Virus record (IMG/VR): IMGVR_UViG_3300042564_004235
Reading direction: 5' to 3' (one strand)
Source of the DNA: a virus
Taxonomy: Duplodnaviria > Heunggongvirae > Uroviricota > Caudoviricetes
DNA length: 64,000 nucleotides
The notes under the pieces are model-generated. The model saw only the letters and a program-made list of their open reading frames with translations. It was not told the DNA's origin and did no database searches. Numbering within the stretch: position 1 is the first letter of the stretch; every line of letters starts with the position of its first letter. Shown in pieces: positions 52,963 through 62,862 of the stretch. The position numbers were made by a program, and so were the translations under genes.

Positions 52963-53480
52963 ACTTAGATAAACTAACAATGGACGAACTTATTTCATTA
53001 CGAAATAAAATTGAATATAAAATAAATTCTTATGAAGATGGGTATTTGTATATCTGTTCTGTCCGTCAGTTTGGTAGTGTCTGGGAAGAAAGACCAAGTA
53101 GTGTATATGGTTTAAGAGAACTTTGTGATTCATATTACGGTGACAACGGTATTGTTGATGTTTATACCAACAATCCAAATTTAGAATTTCCTGAAATGGG
53201 GTTTGAAAATTATGGTGACGTTATGTATATTAAATCTGAGGATGATTACAGAGAGTGGATTAAACATACTAAGACTAAAAACCTTATTGAAGATGTAACA
53301 AAACGACTTGATGAATGGGATGAAAGTAAAAATTTACCATTTAAGTATCGTCCTTCTTTTGCTCCACATTGGACAAGAGAAGATGTTAGTGAATGGATCA
53401 CAGAGTTTGAAAGTAAGAAGTGGGATTTCACTGAACCAAGATCTATGAAGATAAATTATCTTGAAGACGACGTTGAATAA
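52959..53480 (+). CDS. hypothetical protein
   Basis: 173-aa ORF. Confidence 0.45.
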   Translation: MNLDKLTMDELISLRNKIEYKINSYEDGYLYICSVRQFGSVWEERPSSVYGLRELCDSYYGDNGIVDVYTNNPNLEFPEMGFENYGDVMYIKSEDDYREWIKHTKTKNLIEDVTKRLDEWDESKNLPFKYRPSFAPHWTREDVSEWITEFESKKWDFTEPRSMKINYLEDDVE

Positions 53481-53638
53481 TTAAAAAATAATTATTATAT
53501 TTGTGATATGAAATATTTAGGAATTGGTTTGATTTATTTAGGTTTCTTTGGATTAATAGGAACTGCACTATACATTACCCAAAGTGCTACGTGTCTTTGG
53601 GCTTTATTATTAACACCCAGTTTAAAAATGAATGACTG

Positions 53639-53899
53639 ATGGAATTAGAAAAATTTGAACAAGCAAAAAAAGTTAAAGAAACCCTTGATAGGTTGGAAAC
53701 ACAAAAGTCTAAATTAGAATATGCACTCAAATCTTGTTCTTTGGGAGCAACAATTGCATACTCAAGAGGTGGAGAATTCCGAAGTAAAGGTGAAGTTAAT
53801 ATTTATAACACAGGATCAATTAGGGAGATGTTATCTAAAGAACTTGAAAGATTGAAAGAAGAAATAGATTCAGTAAAAAAAGAATTTGAAAATATATAA
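53639..53899 (+). CDS. hypothetical coiled-coil protein
   Basis: 86-aa K/E-rich ORF. Confidence 0.4.
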   Translation: MELEKFEQAKKVKETLDRLETQKSKLEYALKSCSLGATIAYSRGGEFRSKGEVNIYNTGSIREMLSKELERLKEEIDSVKKEFENI

Positions 53900-53901
53900 A
53901 A

Positions 53902-55035
53902 ATGGAAAATTTAAATAGTGTTGCATATGTTGGTAAGATAGGTTCTATATCTGAAATACCAAACGCCGATAACATAGAGTTAGTTACTGTTGGTGGGTGG
54001 AACGCCATAACCAAGAAAGGCGAATACAAAGTAGACGATAAGGTTGTTGTTGCAACTACTGATGCGGTAATACCACAAGCTTTATCTGACTTGATGGAAG
54101 TAACTAACTACCTTCGTAAAGGACAAAGAGTTCGTACCGTTAAACTTCGAGGTGTTTACTCTGAATGTTTATTAATACCATTCAAATACTTGGCACCAAA
54201 ATCATTGGAGAACAACGTTAATGAAGGTGATGATATGATGGGAATACTTGGTATAACTAAATACGAACCACCAGTTAAAACCGTTCAGTTAAGTGTTGGT
54301 GGACGTAAAATAAAATACCACCAAAACCCTAACTTCAAAGTTTACTACAAGTTCCCTAACCAAAAGAACGTACCTGATATGTTCAGTGAGGAAGATGAAG
54401 TTGTTATAACTCGTAAACTTCATGGAACTAATGCTCGTTACGGTATAGTTAGAAAGAAAAAACTATCTATATGGGATCGTGTTAAAATGTTCTTTGGAAA
54501 TCAATGGGCAGCATTTGAATATGTTTATGGTTCTCATAACGTAGAAAAAGGTTCTGACTCACAAGGATTCTATGATACTGATGTGTGGAAAACTGTAGCA
54601 AACAACTACGACATAAGAGGTAAGTTGTGGGATCACGTAAAAGATACTTACGAACCACTTGACTTGACTGAAGGTGTTGTAATATACGGTGAGATATATG
54701 GTGCTGGTATACAGAAAAACTACGAGTACGGTTTGACTGATGTTAAATTTGCTGGATTTGATGTTGAAGTTGACGGAGTGTACCAACCATACATAAATGA
54801 AACGGTACATTTTGATTGTCTTCAATTACCTCAAGTTGAGTTACTATACAAAGGCATATGGGTTAAAGAAATACAAGATAGTTTTGTATTCAATAACAAC
54901 ATAGAAGGGACTAAAGTACCACACGAAGGTGTTGTTGTTAAATCTATAACTGGTGACCGTAGAAAGGTTAGTAAGGTAATAAATCCTGACTATTTAATAT
55001 ATGGTGAAAAAAATAACGTAGGTGACTCCCATTAA
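53902..55035 (+). CDS. RNA ligase, Rnl2/Rnl5-like nucleotidyltransferase
   Basis: Motif I ITRKLHGTNARYG (KxHGxN, the Rnl2-family lysine-adenylylation motif), preceded by an N-terminal ~110-aa domain as in Rnl5/NgrRnl-type ligases. Confidence 0.55.
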   Translation: MENLNSVAYVGKIGSISEIPNADNIELVTVGGWNAITKKGEYKVDDKVVVATTDAVIPQALSDLMEVTNYLRKGQRVRTVKLRGVYSECLLIPFKYLAPKSLENNVNEGDDMMGILGITKYEPPVKTVQLSVGGRKIKYHQNPNFKVYYKFPNQKNVPDMFSEEDEVVITRKLHGTNARYGIVRKKKLSIWDRVKMFFGNQWAAFEYVYGSHNVEKGSDSQGFYDTDVWKTVANNYDIRGKLWDHVKDTYEPLDLTEGVVIYGEIYGAGIQKNYEYGLTDVKFAGFDVEVDGVYQPYINETVHFDCLQLPQVELLYKGIWVKEIQDSFVFNNNIEGTKVPHEGVVVKSITGDRRKVSKVINPDYLIYGEKNNVGDSH

Positions 55036-55058
55036 CTTGATGGAGTCACTTTTTTTTA
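55022..55058 (+). terminator. rho-independent terminator
   Basis: gtgactcccattaacttgatggagtcac hairpin followed by tttttttt; overlaps the ligase stop codon. Confidence 0.65.
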
Positions 55059-55081
55059 TTAACTTTATAAAAAATTAAATT

Positions 55082-55348
55082 ATGCCTTACATAAATGTAA
55101 AAGTGGAATTGGATGAGGTTTATGACCAAATGGGTACGTATGATAAAAATGATATTGCCGAATGGTTATACGAAGACGGAATATTAGAAACACACCCAAA
55201 TTCCGAAATAAGAAAATTAGTTAGAGGTAAAGAAGAATCTAATGGGGAAAAAGAGTTAAGAGATAATTTAGCTAAATTATGGAATGCTCATTACCAACTA
55301 ACAAATGAAGAAGAATTATTAATTAAACAAATAGCAAATAGATTATGA
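55082..55348 (+). CDS. hypothetical protein
   Basis: 88-aa ORF. Confidence 0.4.
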   Translation: MPYINVKVELDEVYDQMGTYDKNDIAEWLYEDGILETHPNSEIRKLVRGKEESNGEKELRDNLAKLWNAHYQLTNEEELLIKQIANRL

Positions 55349-55584
55349 TACAGCCAGCAAGAGAAATTATTTACGGTGTTTGTGATAAAACCGGTGATTG
55401 TGATTCGTATTTTGGATTCTTTAAAAATTATGAAGACGCACAAAAAGAAGTTAAAACTCAATCAGACAGATTAAAAAATGAATTAGGTATGATGGATATT
55501 GTCGTTAAAGAAGACAGGGCAATTGTACCTAAAGATAGAGTAGAAACCGTTGTAATAATAATTCATAGTTATGTCCTTAGATAA
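55345..55584 (+). CDS. hypothetical protein
   Basis: 79-aa ORF. Confidence 0.4.
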   Translation: MIQPAREIIYGVCDKTGDCDSYFGFFKNYEDAQKEVKTQSDRLKNELGMMDIVVKEDRAIVPKDRVETVVIIIHSYVLR

Positions 55585-55783
55585 AGAAAAAGAACCAATA
55601 GGGTTAAAGATCACGAAGTTTATAGTGGCGAACGTTTTTTGGTATTTGTTATTTTCTATAATTTATCTTAATATTGATTGTAGAGAATGGTGGTTAGTTA
55701 AAGGTGCATGGGGTAGATTCGTGCTTGTGGTTTTAGAATTATTAATTTATGGAAATATATTTTTAAATGGGAAAAAAAATTGA
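55571..55783 (+). CDS. small membrane protein
   Basis: Two hydrophobic segments. Confidence 0.4.
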   Translation: MSLDKEKEPIGLKITKFIVANVFWYLLFSIIYLNIDCREWWLVKGAWGRFVLVVLELLIYGNIFLNGKKN

Positions 55784-55970
55784 AGTTTTAGTTAGGTTTG
55801 CAAATGAAGGAACTTACTACAATACCATTAGTATTGATCCAAAAAAAATAGAAGACCCGATGATTTTTACAGATGAGGTTTTTGTGACTATTGATGGTAT
55901 TAGAGTTGCAATAAAAAAAGAAGATTGGAATAAAATTGAATCATGGGTAGAGATTGGAAAAGAGAATTAA
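55767..55970 (+). CDS. hypothetical small protein
   Basis: 67-aa ORF. Confidence 0.35.
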   Translation: MGKKIEVLVRFANEGTYYNTISIDPKKIEDPMIFTDEVFVTIDGIRVAIKKEDWNKIESWVEIGKEN

Positions 55971-57016
55971 AAGAAATTTTAAAAAAAAATAATATGAGTG
56001 AAGAATATATTGAAGAAACGGTAGGGTACGGTGATACTGTACCTGAAGAAGAAGTAGAATACGCAGATGATGAAAGAATGGATGAACCTGTGATTACTGG
56101 AAGGTTTGGTAGGTTAAGAGCATCTATAGAAGATAAAAAAATTGATGCGGATGTACCTTCTTGTTGGAGTAATTTAAAAAATAATGAATATGCGCCAGCA
56201 TATCCTACAGTACCAAAAGTACCTGCCGGTGTTTATGAAATCGGGTGGAATGGTAATTTATCAACACATACATTAAAGAAACAACCATTCAAGACAGATG
56301 AGTTATACCATTTACCATCATATGAGATCACAGACATATTAAAAGACATTGATAATTTTTGGAATAGAGCAGACAATTATAAGAAGTATAACTACATCCA
56401 CAAGAGAGGAATTTTAATGTATGGTGAACCAGGTTGTGGTAAATCAGGAATTATTCAACTAATATCACAACAAATAATTGAAAAAGATGGCATTGTGATC
56501 AATGTTAAAGATGAAGAAGATGTTGAAAGGTTTACATCATTTATTGCAACATTTAGAAAAGTTGAACCTAATAGACCATTGATTGTTTTATTAGAAGATA
56601 TTGATTCACTTGCCGGTGAAGGTAGAAGTCAGACCGCAAGACTATTAAACATCCTTGATGGTGTAAAACAAATTGAAGGTGTTGTTTATATTGCAACAAC
56701 AAACTATCCTGAGAAGTTACAAGATAGAATCACAAACAGACCATCTCGTTTTGACAGACGTTATAAAGTGGAACTACCAAACGCCGATATTAGAAGAGCA
56801 TATATTCAACACAAATTAAATGATGAAGATTTAAAAGGTATTGATATTGAAGAATGGATCAAAAAAACTGAAGGAATGTCTTTGTCACATTTAAAAGAAG
56901 TTGTAATTTCGGTTATTGTTATGGGTAGAACATTTGAAGAAACAATTGAAAACCTTGAAGGGTTGAAAAAAACACCAACAATTAAAGGTGGAGGTAAAGT
57001 AGGGTTTGGAAATTAA
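55943..57016 (+). CDS. AAA+ ATPase
   Basis: Walker A GILMYGEPGCGKSGI. Walker B IVLLEDIDSL. Sensor/Arg-finger region TTNYPEKLQDRITNRPSRFDRRY. Confidence 0.8.
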   Translation: MGRDWKRELKEILKKNNMSEEYIEETVGYGDTVPEEEVEYADDERMDEPVITGRFGRLRASIEDKKIDADVPSCWSNLKNNEYAPAYPTVPKVPAGVYEIGWNGNLSTHTLKKQPFKTDELYHLPSYEITDILKDIDNFWNRADNYKKYNYIHKRGILMYGEPGCGKSGIIQLISQQIIEKDGIVINVKDEEDVERFTSFIATFRKVEPNRPLIVLLEDIDSLAGEGRSQTARLLNILDGVKQIEGVVYIATTNYPEKLQDRITNRPSRFDRRYKVELPNADIRRAYIQHKLNDEDLKGIDIEEWIKKTEGMSLSHLKEVVISVIVMGRTFEETIENLEGLKKTPTIKGGGKVGFGN

Positions 57017-57022
57017 AAGATT

Positions 57023-57460
57023 ATGAGACATCACGCAAATTTTTATACAAATAGATTAGTCAAGGAATGGTTGAAAAACGGTAAGGTCATAATTGCTTGT
57101 GACCTTGATGATACAATCATTCCTTACAACGAAGAAATCAAAGAGAACTGTAAAAAAATGGTTAATTTGATTTTGGACTGTCAAAAAGAAGGTATTATAT
57201 TTTTAATTAACACAGCAAGAAGTGAACACCAATTAGAAAGGGCAAAACAACAAGTTGAAGAACTTGGTATTATTGTTCACGGAGTAAATGAAATGCACCC
57301 TGAATGGGATAAACCTTATGGTGTAAATGGGAAGTTGTATGCAAATATCTTCCTTGATGATAGAGGAGGTTTTTGGGACACGTATTGGACTTTATCAAAC
57401 GCTTTAAGTATTGTTAGACACCAAAGAAAAAATGGGGATCAGAATGAACGACAATCATAG
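57023..57460 (+). CDS. HAD-superfamily hydrolase-like protein
   Basis: Motif I KVIIACDLDDTII (DxDxT). Confidence 0.45.
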   Translation: MRHHANFYTNRLVKEWLKNGKVIIACDLDDTIIPYNEEIKENCKKMVNLILDCQKEGIIFLINTARSEHQLERAKQQVEELGIIVHGVNEMHPEWDKPYGVNGKLYANIFLDDRGGFWDTYWTLSNALSIVRHQRKNGDQNERQS

Positions 57461-57995
57461 AACAGATTTTGAATTTGAAAGTTTTTTAAATTCAATTAGT
57501 GGGGTAACAATTTCACATAAACCACATTTACCACCAATTACAGAAAGAAGATATTTTGGAATTAACAATGGTTGGTTAGGAATTTTACAAAGATTATTTG
57601 AAACGTTGATTGCTCTTGGTTGGGATAAAAGTTTTATAAATGTAAAAGAAAAGTTTGGAGGTATGAGTATATTTTTGGATAACCTACCTGAAAACGGATT
57701 TTATTTTGTGGTGGAAGCAGAAAGAGAAACATTTAAAGTTTGTGAAGTTTGTGGAGAGCCGGGAGAACAAAATCGTATTAACGGTTGGGTCCATACTTTA
57801 TGTGAAAAACATAGAGATGAAAAACTATATGTTGATCATGAAGGTAAAACATACCTTAAAAAATTAATGGAACCAATATTAAACGGAGACCTGTATTACA
57901 ATGCTTTAAATAATGAAATTATACTTTGTGATGTGGATAAATTTTTTGATCCTTGGTCATTAAAAGTTGTTGAAGTTATAAAAAATAATAATTAA
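57411..57995 (+). CDS. hypothetical protein with CxxC...C..H cluster
   Basis: FKVCEVCGEPGEQNRINGWVHTLCEKH. Confidence 0.45.
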   Translation: MLDTKEKMGIRMNDNHRTDFEFESFLNSISGVTISHKPHLPPITERRYFGINNGWLGILQRLFETLIALGWDKSFINVKEKFGGMSIFLDNLPENGFYFVVEAERETFKVCEVCGEPGEQNRINGWVHTLCEKHRDEKLYVDHEGKTYLKKLMEPILNGDLYYNALNNEIILCDVDKFFDPWSLKVVEVIKNNN

Positions 57996-58004
57996 ATTTT
58001 TGTT

Positions 58005-58325
58005 ATGGAAAGTGAAATTGAAAGATTAAACAAAATGAGAGAAAGAATAATTGAAAAGGCAGAAAAAATTAAACCAGATTTTAAACCAAGACAAGAGCCA
58101 AAACAAGATTTGGGAGATGAAGGTTACGGACCAATGACATTTACCATCTACCCAAAAGAAAACAAAATACTTAACGAATGGATGGGAAGTATTTACGGTG
58201 TTTATGGTAAGTATGGTAACTTTGATTACACATTCAAATCAACAGGTGGGTTAGGTTGGGATATTTGGGTTTATAGCGAATTAGCAAAAACAGAAATATG
58301 TTTAACAAAAGATGTTGACTATTAA
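58005..58325 (+). CDS. hypothetical protein
   Basis: 106-aa ORF. Confidence 0.4.
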   Translation: MESEIERLNKMRERIIEKAEKIKPDFKPRQEPKQDLGDEGYGPMTFTIYPKENKILNEWMGSIYGVYGKYGNFDYTFKSTGGLGWDIWVYSELAKTEICLTKDVDY

Positions 58326-58349
58326 AAATTAAAATTATATAATTGAACT

Positions 58350-58784
58350 ATGAATATAAAACAAGCACTTAAACAGAAAAATAAGTTGATCAAAGAGATC
58401 ACCGAAAACACAAGGTTAATGCAAGAGTATAACTCAATTGAACTTGGAAATGAGAGACCATATAGTATAAATTCACTTTATGATGAGGTAATTAACGCAT
58501 CTTTAGAATTATCTAAATTAAAAGCAAAAATCCATAGAGCAAATGTTCCTGTGTTAGAAGACATATTCTTAATGGCAGAAATGAAATCAACAATCCAGTC
58601 ACTTAAAAAAATGGATTGCACATCAGGAAAATCAAATAGGAATATGTATTCCTCAACAGAAATTGTTTTAATGGTTGAAATGAATATTGTTGAAAGAAAT
58701 AATAAAATTAAACAATTAGAAAATAGAATTGAAGAAATTCAAGATAAGCTTGATATATTCAATGCAAACACAGAAATAGTATAG
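58350..58784 (+). CDS. hypothetical coiled-coil protein
   Basis: 144-aa ORF. Confidence 0.4.
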   Translation: MNIKQALKQKNKLIKEITENTRLMQEYNSIELGNERPYSINSLYDEVINASLELSKLKAKIHRANVPVLEDIFLMAEMKSTIQSLKKMDCTSGKSNRNMYSSTEIVLMVEMNIVERNNKIKQLENRIEEIQDKLDIFNANTEIV

Positions 58785-58957
58785 TTTGAGTAAAAGGTTA
58801 AAAATTATGGTTTACTTCATTGAAAATCCGGCTGGAAGATAAGTGATACTGATAATGCATAGTCCCAAACTCAAAATTCAAATCATCATAAATCATTTAG
58901 TTAAAATTTAAAATTCTCGCTTTGACCATTTTTAACTCTTGAACCAAACTATATTAA

Positions 58958-58990
58958 GCCCCCAGTATTTTTATTGGGGGTTTGTTTATT
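58958..58990 (+). terminator. rho-independent terminator
   Basis: gcccccagtatttttattggggg hairpin followed by tttgtttatt. Confidence 0.55.
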
Positions 58991-59017
58991 TAAAATATTT
59001 TTATTATCTTTGTTATT

Positions 59018-59563
59018 ATGAAAGTTTTATTTTTAGATTTTGATGGGGTTATATGTCTATCTTCAGAATGGGGAGGACGATATAAAAAAAAAGGGTTTGA
59101 TTCAAATCCCGAAACACCTATGGACACCCGAATGGACAGTTTCAATCAAAAAGCCGTTAAAGTATTAAATGAAATCATAGAAAAAACTGGATGTGAATTA
59201 GTTATTTCATCTGATTGGAAAAAACACGGAACTTTGGACCAACTAAAAGAAATGTTTATTACTCGTGGAATTAAACCACCAGTTGATATAACACCATTTT
59301 GTAGTGTTCTATTTCGTGAAGGTAAATTACCTGATGATTTTGTTTTACCACACTTTAATAAAACAGAATATGAACGACATATTGAAATATTAAATTGGTT
59401 AAAAGAACATCCTGAAGTAACACATTGGGTTGCTGTTGATGATCTTGATATGTCAAAACGAGATGGTTGGGGACTTGAAAACTTTGTTCACTGTAAACGA
59501 CCATATAATGAAGGTATCAAACAATCAGGAATTAAAGAAAAAATTATAAAATTTTTGGAATGA
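59018..59563 (+). CDS. HAD-superfamily phosphatase-like protein
   Basis: Motif I VLFLDFDGVIC (DxDG[TV]). Confidence 0.5.
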   Translation: MKVLFLDFDGVICLSSEWGGRYKKKGFDSNPETPMDTRMDSFNQKAVKVLNEIIEKTGCELVISSDWKKHGTLDQLKEMFITRGIKPPVDITPFCSVLFREGKLPDDFVLPHFNKTEYERHIEILNWLKEHPEVTHWVAVDDLDMSKRDGWGLENFVHCKRPYNEGIKQSGIKEKIIKFLE

Positions 59564-59874
59564 TTAATATAAAAGATTTATTTAAAAAAAGACCTGATTT
59601 GCTTGCAGAATTGGAAGTTAAAAAACTTATCGAACACACCAAGGAACTTGAGGGTGAAATATTTGAAAAGAAAATAGAAGAAACATATAATAAAGAACAC
59701 ATATTAAAATCAATGTTGTCTGACATTCTTACAAGTTGTAGAGAGCATGAGGAAAATAAATTACTCCAAGATAGATACCCAGAATTATATGAAAAAGTTG
59801 ATGCGGATTCTTTAGTTAAAAATTTAATGGATTATATTATATCTATGAATGCTAAAAACGATTTGAGGTTATGA
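59560..59874 (+). CDS. hypothetical protein
   Basis: 104-aa ORF. Confidence 0.4.
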   Translation: MINIKDLFKKRPDLLAELEVKKLIEHTKELEGEIFEKKIEETYNKEHILKSMLSDILTSCREHEENKLLQDRYPELYEKVDADSLVKNLMDYIISMNAKNDLRL

Positions 59875-60251
59875 AAAAAAGAGTTTATTTAATTGATATT
59901 GATGGGACTGTATGTGACGATATAAAAAACGAAGACAGCCATTTATATAAAGACGCAAAACCATATGAGGGGTCTAAAGAAGAAATAAATAAACTTTATG
60001 ATGAAGGAAATAAAATTGTTTTCTTTACTGCAAGGGAATATAAAGATAAGGGAACCACACTTATTTGGTTATGGAAACACGGGTTTAAGTTTCACGATTT
60101 AATAACCGATAAACCAAGATGTGGTGAGGATGAAGAATACGTTTGGATTGATAACAAACCAGTAAGAGGTATAACATATAAAGGAGAGTGGGGACCAATT
60201 GTTGAAACAAAAAATCAAGAGGTTGAAACTTTATTAAATTTTAAAAACTAA
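59871..60251 (+). CDS. HAD-superfamily phosphatase-like protein (polynucleotide 3'-phosphatase candidate)
   Basis: Motif I VYLIDIDGTVC, identical in form to the T4 Pnk phosphatase DxDGT motif. Confidence 0.5.
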   Translation: MKKRVYLIDIDGTVCDDIKNEDSHLYKDAKPYEGSKEEINKLYDEGNKIVFFTAREYKDKGTTLIWLWKHGFKFHDLITDKPRCGEDEEYVWIDNKPVRGITYKGEWGPIVETKNQEVETLLNFKN

Positions 60252-60562
60252 TGGAACAAACATTTAAAATATTTGTGGTTCAAAATGAACCATATCTTAC
60301 AATAGATGAAGACGTAAAAGTTGGGGATAAAGTAATTGTAACTGTTAATGAAATGTATGCAACTTTGGTTGAGTGTCAAAATGAAGAACAAATTAATTTG
60401 TTTCAAAAACCAAAAACATCAATGACCAAAAGACATAAAGTGGTAATGACTCCTGATAAGTTGGAATTGGAAAACGACATTTTAAATCTATTGAGTGAAA
60501 GAGATGAACCATTAACAGTAACATATGTGGATGGAGTGATTAAGGTCGTGACAGAAATGTAA
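60251..60562 (+). CDS. hypothetical protein
   Basis: 103-aa ORF. Confidence 0.4.
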   Translation: MEQTFKIFVVQNEPYLTIDEDVKVGDKVIVTVNEMYATLVECQNEEQINLFQKPKTSMTKRHKVVMTPDKLELENDILNLLSERDEPLTVTYVDGVIKVVTEM

Positions 60563-60575
60563 ACTATTTATTAAT

Positions 60576-60932
60576 ATGCCAATATCCGATGCGATTAAAA
60601 CATATATTAAAGAGTTTTATGAGGTAAGTTATTACCCAAAAGAAAAACAAATTTTACTTCATGATATTCCTGAATCACAAACAAGAAACAACAGAATAGA
60701 TATTGGAAGAGTTGGTCGTGTTAAAATTACTTTAATGTGGGGTAAAATTGAAGAAATTACTGGTGTACAATATCACCACAAAGAATTTCAGTCAGAGTTA
60801 TCAAAATTTTTTGTAAATTTGATAACGGAAAAAAAATCAAAAGACTTTTTTAAATTGATGACTGAAGAAAATATTCCAGTAAGTTTTACGTTAAATGAAA
60901 TGATTGATGAGTTTCCTGTTTTAAATGACTAA
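60576..60932 (+). CDS. hypothetical protein
   Basis: 118-aa ORF. Confidence 0.4.
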   Translation: MPISDAIKTYIKEFYEVSYYPKEKQILLHDIPESQTRNNRIDIGRVGRVKITLMWGKIEEITGVQYHHKEFQSELSKFFVNLITEKKSKDFFKLMTEENIPVSFTLNEMIDEFPVLND

Positions 60933-60944
60933 GTATTTATTGTT

Positions 60945-61328
60945 ATGAAAAGAATTTTTTTAACTGAAGAAGAAAAAGACGACCTATCAAAAAAACATGA
61001 AGATATTGACAGAAAACTTATGAACTTTCTTTTAAGAAGGTATAATGTAGAAAAAAGAACATTACCAAAAACTCCTTTTTTTGATCCCGATGACGACGAT
61101 TTGCCACCAATTAGTTGGACTGAAGTTAATTTTGTGGATTTTCCTGGATATGGACTTTCAAGTTATATGAGTAGAAAAGATATGGAGTGGAGATTACTTA
61201 ATATGTTAGAAGAGGCCGAAAAACTTAATACTGATGATTTCAGAGGTAATAGAGGATTTGATGCTGATAGACAAAAAAAGATGAAAACAATAAGAACATT
61301 TTTAAATTTTGTATTACCTGTAAAATGA
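60945..61328 (+). CDS. hypothetical protein (weak leader-like N-terminus MKRIFLTEEEKDDL)
   Basis: 127-aa ORF. Confidence 0.4.
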   Translation: MKRIFLTEEEKDDLSKKHEDIDRKLMNFLLRRYNVEKRTLPKTPFFDPDDDDLPPISWTEVNFVDFPGYGLSSYMSRKDMEWRLLNMLEEAEKLNTDDFRGNRGFDADRQKKMKTIRTFLNFVLPVK

Positions 61329-61726
61329 AAATAGAAGAAAATATCAAAATAAAAAAATTACTTATTAATATGTTTGAAAACCAAGAGTTTGAAACAACAT
61401 ATCAAGATGAGGTAACTTCATGGAATGAAGAAAATTTTTATGAAGATTACGTTTTCAAGTATTATATAGAGGTAGGTAAAGTGTTAGGTGAAGGAACAAT
61501 GACCGTTGCTTCTATTAACATTATTATAACTGAATTCACCGTTGATGGTGAAGATAAGATGTTAATTTGGAAAGAAGATAATTATGACGAACATCTTTGG
61601 TATATAGTAACATTAGAAAATGAAATATATGAAGATAAATTAAAAGATATTCCAATATCAACTTATCTAACTTGTTATGCTGAAGATGAATATGAAAATT
61701 TACCTTTTGAACAAAAAAACTTATAA
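61325..61726 (+). CDS. hypothetical acidic protein
   Basis: 133-aa ORF. Confidence 0.4.
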   Translation: MKIEENIKIKKLLINMFENQEFETTYQDEVTSWNEENFYEDYVFKYYIEVGKVLGEGTMTVASINIIITEFTVDGEDKMLIWKEDNYDEHLWYIVTLENEIYEDKLKDIPISTYLTCYAEDEYENLPFEQKNL

Positions 61727-61743
61727 TTAAATCAAAAAATATT

Positions 61744-62097
61744 ATGGCACATCCAATTCTACACGCAAAAAGTTCTGCCAAAAAGTTTGGAGGAATTTGG
61801 GAAGATTATATTCATCTACATAATTGGCTTGACGAAACCAAAGGATGGTACGGACATTCGTATCATAGAATGTGGAGACACCACTCAGAAGGGATATTTG
61901 AGATGGAACAAAGGTTTGGTCCTGAGTTTAAAAATAGTGACGGGAAAACCGTTTATACTCGTTATGTTGGTGAACAACATGTAAAAGAAGACTGTGATGG
62001 ATACATACCATCAGCCAAAGAATGGTTCATGATTGTTGAAAATAAACAACGACCTATATGGGCAACTAAAACTCAAAAGTTAGAGTTTGAAGATTAG
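61744..62097 (+). CDS. hypothetical protein
   Basis: 117-aa ORF. Confidence 0.4.
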   Translation: MAHPILHAKSSAKKFGGIWEDYIHLHNWLDETKGWYGHSYHRMWRHHSEGIFEMEQRFGPEFKNSDGKTVYTRYVGEQHVKEDCDGYIPSAKEWFMIVENKQRPIWATKTQKLEFED

Positions 62098-62111
62098 AAG
62101 TATTTATAGTT

Positions 62112-62858
62112 ATGAGTTCATTACAAGAAAAACTACAAAAAGAATTAACTCCTGAATTAAAAAGAGAATTTAGGAAGTATTGTTTATTATTACAAGGGTA
62201 TTCGGACTCCAATAGTTGGGTATATGAGTGTGACTTTAGATTAACTGACAACATTTATTGGAATGATTTTGTTTTTTATAGTACAAAACAAGGTGTTGAA
62301 ATGTTACCACCAATAGAAGAATATTTTAAAAAAGTAATCAAATACTATATTGATACCGATGAACTATGGGAACACATTGAAAGAGAACCTGAAACATTAG
62401 TAGAAACGGGATGGTTACATTTTACTATTTTTCCAACACAAAACAAATTACAAATTGAAATGGAGTATGACTACTACGATAATATGGGAACGACACACGA
62501 AGAAAGTATCGCCAATATGATTGAGTTATATTCAAAAGGTGATGAGGACAACACACAAATACAATTATTAAAGTGGGAAAAACAAGGAGCTATCTTTACA
62601 GTAAAATACGAAGGGTCTGAATGGGGTGATTATATTGATGATAGTTGCAGTAGTAATATTGGAATCACAAAAACACCAGAAATAATTGAACATTTAAGTG
62701 AAATGATGATTGAAGAATATGAAGAGGGTTATCATTTAGAAAATGATGGAGGAAGTGGAGAAATTAAATTTGATTTTAAAACGGATACTGTTTTAATGGA
62801 ACATACACAATATAATACGTCTTCTACTGAAGTAGAATTAGCAGAATTAAATTTTTAA
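62112..62858 (+). CDS. hypothetical acidic protein
   Basis: 248-aa D/E-rich ORF. Confidence 0.45.
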   Translation: MSSLQEKLQKELTPELKREFRKYCLLLQGYSDSNSWVYECDFRLTDNIYWNDFVFYSTKQGVEMLPPIEEYFKKVIKYYIDTDELWEHIEREPETLVETGWLHFTIFPTQNKLQIEMEYDYYDNMGTTHEESIANMIELYSKGDEDNTQIQLLKWEKQGAIFTVKYEGSEWGDYIDDSCSSNIGITKTPEIIEHLSEMMIEEYEEGYHLENDGGSGEIKFDFKTDTVLMEHTQYNTSSTEVELAELNF

Positions 62859-62862
62859 TTGA

